This document shows, one piece after another, positions 1 through 7,357 of a stretch of 24,000 nt of DNA. Source of the DNA: Candidatus Pacearchaeota archaeon (GTDB lineage Archaea > Nanobdellota > Nanobdellia > Pacearchaeales > UBA284); the NCBI GenBank assembly GCA_026016245.1, contig CP061211.1, forward strand, positions 134,353 through 158,352. Direction: 5' to 3'. A program made the translations under genes and the position numbers. The first letter of the stretch is position 1. Every line of letters begins with the position of its first letter. A model generated the notes under the pieces. It had not been told where the DNA came from and did no database searches. It saw only the letters and a program-made list of their open reading frames with translations.

Positions 1-167
1 GGATCTTTAAAAAATCCTAGAAGCATCAAAATAAAAAAGATAACAACATTCAAAATTATCAGTATTAAAACAGCGCTTATCTTTTTTCTAGGTTTTTTTC
101 TTGGTTTTTTGTAATGATAAGAATAAGAATAATAACCTCTTTTTGGATTTGATTTTCTTTTTATCAT
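1..167 (-). CDS. Partial CDS (N-terminal 55 aa, runs off the window): basic N-terminus followed by one hydrophobic TM-like helix
   Basis: Hand translation of the minus strand from ATG at 167-165 gives MIKRKSNPKRGYYSYSYHYKKPRKKPRKKISAVLILIILNVVIFFILMLLGFFKD with no stop before the window edge. It starts 1 nt after the tfe stop codon. Not in the ORF track because it is truncated. Confidence 0.4.
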   Translation of the reverse strand, partial: MIKRKSNPKRGYYSYSYHYKKPRKKPRKKISAVLILIILNVVIFFILMLLGFFKD

Positions 168-168
168 A

Positions 169-852
169 CTATCTTTTCTTTTTCTTTCTTTTTTTCTTAA
201 ATCTTTTCTTTGTCTTCTTTTTGACTTTCTTCTTTTTCTTTGTTATTTTTTTAAATTTTTTCCTTGGTTTTTTCTTTACTTTTTTGATTTTTATTTTTGG
301 TTTTGGAGTTATTTTTTCAAGTTCTTCCCTTATTATCTTAATTTCTTTTTTGAGTTGTTCTATTTTTATGGTTATTTCTTTAATTCTTTTTTCTTTTGGT
401 ATGATTTCAAGTAATTTAGCACATTCAGGACAAAGGAAGCTGTGATGCATGGCTGTTTCCTCACTCATTTCTATCCTATCTGCAGGGCATATGTAGAAAT
501 TTTTCATCTTTCTGCTTTTCAATAAAGCATACATCGCTCTGATATCCTTGAGTTTTAACCTAGCAAGAGTATTTAGGGCTTTTATATTATTCAAAGTCCA
601 GAAATAAGTATACCATCCTTTGCGTTTGTCTTTTTTTCTCGTGTAATCCATTATATTAAAATTAGAAATTCTATAAAGGATATTGCGGGTCTGATTTATT
701 GTTATACCTAATTTTTCAGCAATCTTGAACTCATTAATATTTTTCTTTTTGAATAAGATATCTACTATAGGTTCGGAATTCTTTCCAGCCACAATCCTAA
801 TTAATTCCTTAACCAAACTAAAAAGCCTTCTATCTTTCACCTTAATAATCAT
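169..852 (-). CDS. tfe: Transcription factor E alpha-like (TFIIE-alpha homologue) with a poly-lysine C-terminal tail
   Basis: N-terminal winged helix typical of TFE (EFKIAEKLGITINQTRNILYRISNFNIMDYTRKKDKRKGWYTYFWTLN). Zn-ribbon region is YICPADRIEMSEETAMHHSFLCPEC. The C-terminal ~45 aa are almost entirely K/R. Confidence 0.85.
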   Translation of the reverse strand: MIIKVKDRRLFSLVKELIRIVAGKNSEPIVDILFKKKNINEFKIAEKLGITINQTRNILYRISNFNIMDYTRKKDKRKGWYTYFWTLNNIKALNTLARLKLKDIRAMYALLKSRKMKNFYICPADRIEMSEETAMHHSFLCPECAKLLEIIPKEKRIKEITIKIEQLKKEIKIIREELEKITPKPKIKIKKVKKKPRKKFKKITKKKKKVKKKTKKRFKKKRKKKKR

Positions 853-929
853 TTTATCCCCTTTTATGATTTTGCTGTAACAATCTAATGAATAGAAATC
901 TTTTTATATTTTAAATAGTTTTCCGTCAT

Positions 930-1502
930 ATGCCTGTTTTAAAGAAAAAAAAGAAAAAAGAGGTTAAGATGCCAGAGACCCCAGAAATAGAGACCCCTGA
1001 GTTTTCATATCCTGAAATTGAAGAGATTAAGAAAGGAATAGAACCTATAACAGAAGCAGGAGTTTCAGAATTGCCAGAACTGCCAGAAATGCCTGAACTT
1101 CCTGAACTTCCGCAGATGGTAGAAGATGGTATTTCAAAGGAAGAGGAGAAAAAAATTAAAAAGAAACTTCCATCAAAACTTACTCAAGAGATAGGAATAC
1201 CAGCAAGGGCAAAGCTTCCAAAGAAAAAGCAGCCAAGAGCAAAAGAGATAAAAGAAATGGAAATAAAGATGCCAAAAGCTAGATCAAGGGCACTTTTTAT
1301 AAAAATTGATAAATTTAAGGAAATTCTTGCTAGTGTTGATGAAATAGAGAAAAGAATTCAGGAAGTTTCATCTGTCATAAGAAAATTAAAAGAAATTAGA
1401 GATAGGGAAGATAGTGAAATGGAAAAATGGGAGAGAGAGATTAGTGACATCAGGGCAAAATTAGAAACAATAGAAGAGACTCTATCAAAGGTTGAAAGTT
1501 AA
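930..1502 (+). CDS. Hypothetical protein with a PELPE tandem peptide repeat and a C-terminal coiled-coil-like region
   Basis: 190-aa ORF. LPELPEMPELPELPQ is encoded by a 9-nt periodic repeat around 1070-1115. The C-terminal half is heptad-like and charged. A TATA-like tttatatt lies ~25 nt upstream of the ATG. Confidence 0.6.
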   Translation: MPVLKKKKKKEVKMPETPEIETPEFSYPEIEEIKKGIEPITEAGVSELPELPEMPELPELPQMVEDGISKEEEKKIKKKLPSKLTQEIGIPARAKLPKKKQPRAKEIKEMEIKMPKARSRALFIKIDKFKEILASVDEIEKRIQEVSSVIRKLKEIRDREDSEMEKWEREISDIRAKLETIEETLSKVES

Positions 1503-1513
1503 ATTTTTCTAAA

Positions 1514-1897
1514 ATGGCTGTCTATGTCAGATTAGAGCCAAGCGAAGAATTAGCTATCAAAAAAGCTATTCACGAAGCTAGAAATTCTTCTATCATATTT
1601 GAAGAAAAAGGAAAAAATGTAGCTAAGCTCAAGAGAAGTAAGAAATATACTATAAGAGGTTTGGCAACATCTATGAAAAGTATTAGTGAGGAAATTGAGA
1701 AGATAAAAAATATGTTGCCAGAGCTCGAGAAAAAACAAATAAGAAAGAGAAAAAAAGTAAAAGTAACAAGGAAGAGAAAAAAAATAAAGACAAGGAAAGA
1801 AGAGAAAGTAAAAACAAAAAAGGCAAAGAAAACAAAAAAGGCAAAATATGAAGAAGAATTAGAAAGTATTAAGGAGAGGATAGCTGATCTTGGTTGA
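1514..1897 (+). CDS. Hypothetical lysine-rich protein
   Basis: 127-aa ORF starting 11 nt after the previous gene. Has a K-rich C-terminal half. No recognisable domain. Confidence 0.55.
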   Translation: MAVYVRLEPSEELAIKKAIHEARNSSIIFEEKGKNVAKLKRSKKYTIRGLATSMKSISEEIEKIKNMLPELEKKQIRKRKKVKVTRKRKKIKTRKEEKVKTKKAKKTKKAKYEEELESIKERIADLG

Positions 1898-2504
1898 GCA
1901 GGTCTAACAAACTTACAGAATCTTTTCCTACTTCTGTTATGTAATATTCATTATCTACATTAAATCTGATTGCTTCTTTATCATTATACTTATGTATGAA
2001 AATTTTTGCCCTTGGGAATAATGTACAGAGTATATCTGCAAAATTCTTAAAATTTTGTTTGTATTTTTTCCTATACTGTTCTTCATCCTCACCGCCTTTT
2101 GGTAAATAATCATCAGCCTGTCTGAACGCGACTAACACAGCTGAATCATAGTCTTGCATTTGTGGCCAGAAGTCTCTTACAATCCTGATAGTATTTAGAT
2201 GTTCGTCAACCTGTGTTGATTGATAATGTGACATAAGCCCAAACTTCTTTCCATCTTTTATATACAAACCTACAACACAAAAACAACCCCTAAGACCATC
2301 TGTTTCTAGAGTTCCTTTGGTCCATGTTTTTATGTCTGGAAAAGAAACTCGCCTTACTAATTCTCCTTTTTCACTTTCCTGTATTCTCTGTACGACTTTT
2401 ATGTCTAATTTATTTCCGTATTTATCTATGTATACTTTCTTTGCACAATCAATGCTTCCTAGAGTCAATAGTAATATTAAAGGTATGGATAATCTTTTTG
2501 CCAT
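1869..2504 (-). CDS. Hypothetical secreted or membrane-anchored protein with a CheD-like Cys/His motif (tentative)
   Basis: N-terminal signal/anchor MAKRLSIPLILLLTLGSIDC. Motif GLRGCFCVVGLYIKDGKKFGLMSHY has Cys76 and His93 17 residues apart, resembling the CheD deamidase active-site segment as I remember it. Confidence 0.6.
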   Translation of the reverse strand: MAKRLSIPLILLLTLGSIDCAKKVYIDKYGNKLDIKVVQRIQESEKGELVRRVSFPDIKTWTKGTLETDGLRGCFCVVGLYIKDGKKFGLMSHYQSTQVDEHLNTIRIVRDFWPQMQDYDSAVLVAFRQADDYLPKGGEDEEQYRKKYKQNFKNFADILCTLFPRAKIFIHKYNDKEAIRFNVDNEYYITEVGKDSVSLLDLLNQDQLSSP

Positions 2505-2553
2505 AGAACAAAAAAAATAGAAAGCTTTTATTTTTTTATGTGATTATCCTCTA

Positions 2554-3054
2554 CTATCTTCTACCTTCCAGAGCAAGAAATGATTTTGCTTGGGCAATAA
2601 CTTCATCTACTTCTGTTACAAGCCTGTCCTCGTAAGCTTCTATTCTGCTTGTTATTATATATTTGTCATAGATTCCTCTGAAGAACTTGGTTACAGGATT
2701 TACTTCCCATCTGTTTTCCCAGTCACGTTCAAGAAAACTATTAAATTTTATTTCCATCTCACCTTTATCTTTCTTTATTTTTGTTCCTCCTCTTGCAAGT
2801 TCTACTGTAGCCATGTGCAAAATCCTTATTGTTATCTTAACCCTGAATCTGAAATAATCACTTATCTTTCTCAAACAGAGCCATTCAATTCCAACATCCT
2901 TACCTTCTGCTTTTATTTTCTCGCTATACTTTTTTTCTAGAACAAGATAATCATAAGACTTAAACCACTCATACAAAAATCTATAGACATCTTTAAAATC
3001 AAAAAGCCCTTCATAAGCAACTTTACCCTCATATACTGGACTTAACTCTGACAT
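2554..3054 (-). CDS. Hypothetical protein (166 aa)
   Basis: Clean ORF with non-repetitive composition. The antisense ORF 2590-2940 is low-complexity shadow. No motif recognised. Confidence 0.6.
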   Translation of the reverse strand: MSELSPVYEGKVAYEGLFDFKDVYRFLYEWFKSYDYLVLEKKYSEKIKAEGKDVGIEWLCLRKISDYFRFRVKITIRILHMATVELARGGTKIKKDKGEMEIKFNSFLERDWENRWEVNPVTKFFRGIYDKYIITSRIEAYEDRLVTEVDEVIAQAKSFLALEGRR

Positions 3055-3146
3055 CTTCCACCTTTTTTCTATTTTGATAAGCTAAAGAGCATTTAAATAT
3101 TTTTTTGAAATAAGAATGCGCCAGCCGTGCAAGAGATCTTTAGTTT

Positions 3147-3533
3147 CTACGCTTTTTGAAGTAAACTTTCCGGCATTATTGGTTTTTGGTTCCCATGGCC
3201 AAAATAACCATAGAAAGTGTTATAATTTATGCCAGAAGAATGAGAAAATTCATGTAAGTATTTTTTAATTTTCTCTGTCTCTTTTAGGAAGTTAGAATTT
3301 AGTGCACAACCCAGCTGTCTTGTTTCTTCAGAAGTATTTTTCTCATGGCTTATCCATTCATCAATTATTGTCGCAATGTAAACCCCAGAGCAGATGACTC
3401 CAATTTCATGTTCATCTAATTTTAATCTATAACTTTTTCCCAAGATTTTATCAAGAATTCCTCTGTCTTGATTTAGATTAGCCACAACTTTTTCTAGACA
3501 TTCTTTCAATGATGTGTATGCTTTAACATCCAT
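3147..3533 (-). CDS. Hypothetical protein (128 aa)
   Basis: ORF with a TATA-like tttataaa ~25-30 nt upstream of the ATG. It lies just outside the left inverted repeat of the element. Confidence 0.55.
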   Translation of the reverse strand: MDVKAYTSLKECLEKVVANLNQDRGILDKILGKSYRLKLDEHEIGVICSGVYIATIIDEWISHEKNTSEETRQLGCALNSNFLKETEKIKKYLHEFSHSSGINYNTFYGYFGHGNQKPIMPESLLQKA

Positions 3534-3576
3534 AAAATTGTTACTATTTTATAGTTTATAAATGTTGTTATAATAA

Positions 3577-3602
3577 GGTTCTGTAAAGTTATCGGTTGGT
3601 AG
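3577..3602 (+). repeat. Left terminal inverted repeat (IS6-like GG terminus)
   Basis: Read directly from the sequence. Pairs with 9023-9048 in inverted orientation. Followed by the tandem AAGGTTAAAAGGTTAA at ~3605-3620. Confidence 0.6.
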
Positions 3603-3636
3603 AAAAGGTTAAAAGGTTAAACTTTCTTTAATTCTT

Positions 3637-3825
3637 ATGGCTACATTAAGCACAAGGAAATTAAATATAGCAAGACATAGGCAGGGTTGGTTTGCACACC
3701 AAGAAAGTGAAGAGAGAAAAAGAAGGTTAGAGGAACAGAAAAATAGAAAACCAGTAAGCAAAGAAGAACATAAAAGAAGGGTAGAAATGCTAAAGAAAAT
3801 TGGGTTGTTAAAAGAAAATGAGTAA
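3637..3825 (+). CDS. Hypothetical small highly charged protein (62 aa)
   Basis: ORF overlaps the next gene by 8 nt (ATGAGTAA), suggesting translational coupling. No HTH recognisable. Confidence 0.45.
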   Translation: MATLSTRKLNIARHRQGWFAHQESEERKRRLEEQKNRKPVSKEEHKRRVEMLKKIGLLKENE

Positions 3826-4453
3826 AGCCAAAGCGAAATTAAAGGGTAATACTATAATTTTACAATTACATTATTCTCAAGGTGGAACAAGAATTGCAGA
3901 TAAAGAGGGAAATCATCTTCCAAAGCCAACACAGGTAATAAATGATAAAAGATATTACATTGAATGGATGATAACTAATGATGAGATTAAGTTACTATCA
4001 AAACTTTTTAAGAAGGAAGAGGACATTACTGGTTTGATAAATTTATTACAAAAAATAAGTAAATTTGCAGAAGAAACAAAATACTCTAAGAGAACAACAT
4101 CTTTTGAGAAAAAAGAAATAGATAAATTTGAAGGTTTTAAGATATATCATTATACTGATGATTTTAATTCTTTTGAAAAGATTCTTGATTCTGATTTAAG
4201 AGTAAGATTAACCTTTAAATTAGGAGATTTTGGTGTTACGGCTCATCCTCATATGTATGTTTTAATTCCTTTTAATTTCAAATCATTAAAGATAAAAAAC
4301 ATAGAAGGCAAAGTTAATGAAAATAAGCCATTAGGAAAAGGTTGTTTTGGGGAATTAAATTTAAATGAAGAAGAACTCAAAGAAATAATCTTAACTCTTG
4401 CTCACGCTTCAAATAATCACAGAAATGCTTTAATTGAAATTCTTAAATCTTAA
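3818..4453 (+). CDS. Hypothetical protein (211 aa); candidate partner (nuclease?) of the adjacent methyltransferase
   Basis: Convergent with the MTase gene, with an 11-nt 3' overlap. Has a weak PD-(D/E)xK-like pattern (LGDFGVTA ... KNIEGKV). No family recognised. Confidence 0.55.
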   Translation: MSKAKAKLKGNTIILQLHYSQGGTRIADKEGNHLPKPTQVINDKRYYIEWMITNDEIKLLSKLFKKEEDITGLINLLQKISKFAEETKYSKRTTSFEKKEIDKFEGFKIYHYTDDFNSFEKILDSDLRVRLTFKLGDFGVTAHPHMYVLIPFNFKSLKIKNIEGKVNENKPLGKGCFGELNLNEEELKEIILTLAHASNNHRNALIEILKS

Positions 4454-5591
4454 TTTTAAAATCTAAAATATCAGATTTTTTTATTGATTTACTGCCAACT
4501 CTAATTGTAGAATTTTTAAAATGCTCTTGATTTTCATTTATCAATTTACATATTCTTTCCTTTAACTTTTTGTCTTTGTTACATTCTTCTTTAAATTCAA
4601 AGACAAAAAACATATCATTCAAAATATCTTCTTCTTTATTGATTAATCCTGTTTTCCCTACACTTACATTCCCAACTCTCACAACAGCAAGGTAATAATC
4701 AGAAACATTTTTGTCTTGTGGTATCTCTTGTCTTTCTAATATATTCGCCCCAGAAACATTATTGTTTTCATAACTCCTGTTATATTTCACTCTCCTCTCA
4801 GATAAGAATTTTGAAAGGGGTATGCCTTCTTGTTTGTTGTTTTTCTTGTATAAAAAAGATTGAGGTATTAATTCTTCTGTTGATAGTTCTTGTTTGTTTA
4901 ATATCTCTTTTACACTTTTATCATCTTCGTATAATAATATTATTTTATCTTTGTATTCTAGAATGTTTGTGAAAATAGCAAAACAGCAGGGGATTGGTTC
5001 ATCAAACCAATTTTTATCATTTTGATAAATAATAATTGTAGAAAAATTATTTATAATTTCTTTCTTAATTTCTTTGTTCTTTTTTGCTATAAAAAAAGAA
5101 ATAGGTAAAACGAAAGCGATAGAAGAATTTTTGTCCTTAAAATGTTTTATAGATTTAAGAATAAATACATTTTCCATTTGAATTTTTGGTTTTTTAATAA
5201 GAACATTTGTTAAATACTCTTCTGGCTTAATCTCCTTATTTTTATAATTATCTGAATAATAATAACTATTTTTAACATTATATTTAGTAAAGGGTGGATT
5301 TCCAATAATTAAATCAAATTTTTCTTTTAGAGGAAAAAGAAAGAAATCACAAGGGTTATTAGTTAAATCTGTGTCTATTTCACAATCCACTATATTTTTA
5401 AAATCCCTATCTTTAAGCCCTCTTACAAAATTTTTAGTGCCTGAAGATGGCTCTAAAATTCTTATATTTTTATCATACTTTTTATATTCTAATAACAAAT
5501 TTAAGACTCTCTTTACAATATTCCTTCTTGTGAAATATTGCCCCCAAACAAATTTCTTCTCTTTTTCCATATTGGGATTACGCTTTGCCAT
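4443..5591 (-). CDS. Gamma-class N6-adenine DNA methyltransferase (TaqI/Eco57I-like) with a C-terminal target-recognition region
   Basis: Motif order X-I-IV: VWGQYFTRRNIVKRVL; motif I ILEPSSGTKNF; motif IV FDLIIGNPPFTKY. The ~200-aa C-terminal region has no motif. Confidence 0.85.
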   Translation of the reverse strand: MAKRNPNMEKEKKFVWGQYFTRRNIVKRVLNLLLEYKKYDKNIRILEPSSGTKNFVRGLKDRDFKNIVDCEIDTDLTNNPCDFFLFPLKEKFDLIIGNPPFTKYNVKNSYYYSDNYKNKEIKPEEYLTNVLIKKPKIQMENVFILKSIKHFKDKNSSIAFVLPISFFIAKKNKEIKKEIINNFSTIIIYQNDKNWFDEPIPCCFAIFTNILEYKDKIILLYEDDKSVKEILNKQELSTEELIPQSFLYKKNNKQEGIPLSKFLSERRVKYNRSYENNNVSGANILERQEIPQDKNVSDYYLAVVRVGNVSVGKTGLINKEEDILNDMFFVFEFKEECNKDKKLKERICKLINENQEHFKNSTIRVGSKSIKKSDILDFKIKI

Positions 5592-5594
5592 TTT

Positions 5595-6512
5595 TTAATT
5601 CTTTTGACTTGCACAATATATCAAATCAAGCCATTTATTTTTACCAAGATTTAGATTAACCCCAGCTTCTTCAATAGGGGTTTTATTAATGCCCTGATGA
5701 ACACGAATAAAATTATAATAAACCACAAATAAAGATAATATTGCTTCTGCACTTTTCTTATCCTTAAAATTTCTCATAACTTTTATTCTTTGCCTAATTG
5801 TTCCTTGTATTCTCTCAACAATATTATTTCGTTTATCCTTATCTGCTTTTAATTTAATCCAAATTTTTTTGTCCTCTTTTCTATTTCTTGAACCCCAAAC
5901 TTTCCTAAATGCTTTATTATATGAAGGTAGAGAATCTGTAAATAGATTAATAGGCTTGTTTTCTGTTTTTAAGAAAAGTATTTTTGCAGATTGATAATCT
6001 CTTTTTTCTGAATAATGAGAAGAAACCAAAACTCTTGTTCCTTTATCAATCATATCCCAAAAATAATGCTGTTCTTTTTTACATTTAACAAAAATCTCGT
6101 CAGCATGATATTGTCCTGAAAGTTTTAAATCAAACTTTCTCTGAAAGTCTTTTAACAAGATAGCATATCTTCTTATCCAATTTAGAACAGATTGATGACT
6201 TACCCCATAATCTGAAAATTGATTAAAATGTTCTTTGATTTTTCTTAAACTTAATCCATTCATATAAAGAGAAATACATTGAGTTACAACTTCTTTTTTA
6301 TGTTTCATCTTGAAAAATCCATCATCAAGAGTAAATGTTTCAGAACAAGATTTACATTTCCATCTCTGTTTTTTTGTTGTATGATTAAATCTAAATCCCC
6401 ATTTAATTAAAGTTTTAGATTTACAGAAGGGACATGCCTTCGGCTTTATAACCGATACATTTTTATATTTCTTTGATTTATTGTTTTTGTATTTCATTAG
6501 CGTGGGATACAC
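5595..6512 (-). CDS. IS6-family DDE transposase with an N-terminal zinc finger
   Basis: CPFCKS...CKSC zinc finger. HTH region SLRKIKEHF...HQSVLNWIRRY. DDE segments YHADEIFVKCKKEQHYFWDMID, LFTDSLPSYNKAF and NNIVERIQGTIRQRIKVMRNF line up with IS26 Tnp (MDETYVKV / NTDKAPAY / NNVIECDHGKLKR, from memory). The track start at 6512 is GTG; ATG at 6497 (MKYKNN) is more likely. Confidence 0.85.
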   Translation of the reverse strand: MYPTLMKYKNNKSKKYKNVSVIKPKACPFCKSKTLIKWGFRFNHTTKKQRWKCKSCSETFTLDDGFFKMKHKKEVVTQCISLYMNGLSLRKIKEHFNQFSDYGVSHQSVLNWIRRYAILLKDFQRKFDLKLSGQYHADEIFVKCKKEQHYFWDMIDKGTRVLVSSHYSEKRDYQSAKILFLKTENKPINLFTDSLPSYNKAFRKVWGSRNRKEDKKIWIKLKADKDKRNNIVERIQGTIRQRIKVMRNFKDKKSAEAILSLFVVYYNFIRVHQGINKTPIEEAGVNLNLGKNKWLDLIYCASQKN

Positions 6513-6528
6513 AGCCCTTCGGGGCTGT
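6511..6528. promoter_or_regulatory. GC-rich perfect hairpin (7-bp stem, TTCG loop) directly 5' of the transposase start
   Basis: ACAGCCC-TTCG-GGGCTGT followed by TTTT on the plus strand. On the minus strand it sits 13 nt upstream of the ATG at 6497. It stands out against AT-rich surroundings. Confidence 0.5.
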
Positions 6529-6579
6529 TTTTATTTAATTATCTATTATTAGTTATTAACTAATTATATTAGGATATAC

Positions 6580-6810
6580 CTATTTATAAATCTTTCGGTT
6601 CAAACTGGCTAAAGAAAAAATCGTCAGAAATAGGTGTCTTTTTAGAATTAAATCTGATTCTTGCTTTAACCTTCTATCTAAAAATCTATTAAGTTTTTGA
6701 GAATAATCTTTAATATTTATGCCATGCTTTTTGTCAAATTCTTCTTTTAATAAAATTGCCTTTTCTCTTGTTTCCATAACTTTTAAATCGTGCTGATTCC
6801 AAAGATTCAT
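6580..6810 (-). CDS. Hypothetical 76-aa protein, downstream partner of the AbrB-like gene (possibly truncated)
   Basis: Its ATG overlaps the stop of the upstream 59-aa ORF (ATGA). Helical charged N-terminus and a hydrophobic, junk-like C-terminus (HLFLTIFSLASLNRKIYK). No PIN or MazF motifs. Confidence 0.45.
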   Translation of the reverse strand: MNLWNQHDLKVMETREKAILLKEEFDKKHGINIKDYSQKLNRFLDRRLKQESDLILKRHLFLTIFSLASLNRKIYK

Positions 6811-6986
6811 TTTTTCCTTTTCTCCTTTTTATTTTGTTGCCCAATTTTTTCTATAAACAGAATTTCTTCACCCTTGCTTTTTCCAACATAAACCTTATCT
6901 CCATTTTCCCACCCAGTCGCTTCTATTACGTCTTTAGGAATGGTTATTGTTGCTTGTCCATTTTTGTTTATAGTTAATCTTCCCAT
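6807..6986 (-). CDS. AbrB/SpoVT/MazE-type swapped-hairpin DNA-binding protein (59 aa), antitoxin-like; absent from the ORF track
   Basis: Hand translation: MGRLTINKNGQATITIPKDVIEATGWENGDKVYVGKSKGEEILFIEKIGQQNKKEKRKK. The GQxTIPKxxxxxxGWxxGDxV pattern is characteristic of the family. Confidence 0.7.
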   Translation of the reverse strand: MGRLTINKNGQATITIPKDVIEATGWENGDKVYVGKSKGEEILFIEKIGQQNKKEKRKK

Positions 6987-7015
6987 AACGTTATATTAAC
7001 GTTAAATTAACGTTA
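6986..7015. promoter_or_regulatory. Three TAACGTTA palindromes at exact 11-bp spacing (candidate operator) in a divergent promoter region
   Basis: TAACGTTA at 6986-6993, 6997-7004 and 7008-7015. The first abuts or overlaps the AbrB-like start codon. A TATA-like TTTATAA lies at ~7013-7020 on the minus strand. Confidence 0.6.
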
Positions 7016-7078
7016 TAAACCTTTCTATTCTCAAATTTTTCCAAAAGGTTTAAATAGCCATTTGCTAATTATATTAGT

Positions 7079-7357
7079 ATGGCTAAAGCAATTCCAAAAT
7101 GGGTGATGGAAAGGTTATCACGACTTTGGAAAAAGTATGGCGATAGTCAAGCAATAACTTTCAAACAAATAAAGGATGTTTTAAAGATGGATGACGAAAA
7201 CACAATAAGGGTATTCATAAATGAATTGAAAAAAGCAGATTGGATAGAAGTTCAATTAAGCCCAGAAAGTTCAAGAGAAAGAATCTATATTCTGAAAGAA
7301 CCAAATAAAATTATGATGGAGATTGTTTCAAATGGAAATAAAAGAAGTAAAGGTTGA
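7079..7357 (+). CDS. Small winged-helix DNA-binding protein (92 aa)
   Basis: ITFKQIKDVLKMDDENTIRVFINELKKADWIEVQ...RERIYILK fits a helix-turn-helix plus wing pattern. A TATA-like gtttaaata lies ~25 nt upstream. Confidence 0.55.
   Translation: MAKAIPKWVMERLSRLWKKYGDSQAITFKQIKDVLKMDDENTIRVFINELKKADWIEVQLSPESSRERIYILKEPNKIMMEIVSNGNKRSKG

Noticed and set aside
101-445. 114-aa plus-strand ORF rich in F/L/I
   Set aside because: It is antisense to the poly-lysine tail of tfe. AAA/AAG/GAA codons read in reverse give stop-free TTT/CTT/TTC runs. It is a low-complexity shadow ORF.
6548-6564. 17-bp palindrome ATTAGTTATTAACTAAT upstream of the transposase
   Set aside because: It is purely A/T-rich apart from one G:C pair per half-site. 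Palindromes like this are common by chance in ~20% GC intergenic DNA. It may be a promoter element, but that cannot be supported.
6597-6614. GGTTCAAACTGGCTAAAG, a gapped resemblance to the GGTTCTGTAAAG end sequence near the transposase
   Set aside because: The match needs two insertions. Its orientation would point away from the transposase gene, and it lies inside the 76-aa ORF. That is not enough to call a third IS end.
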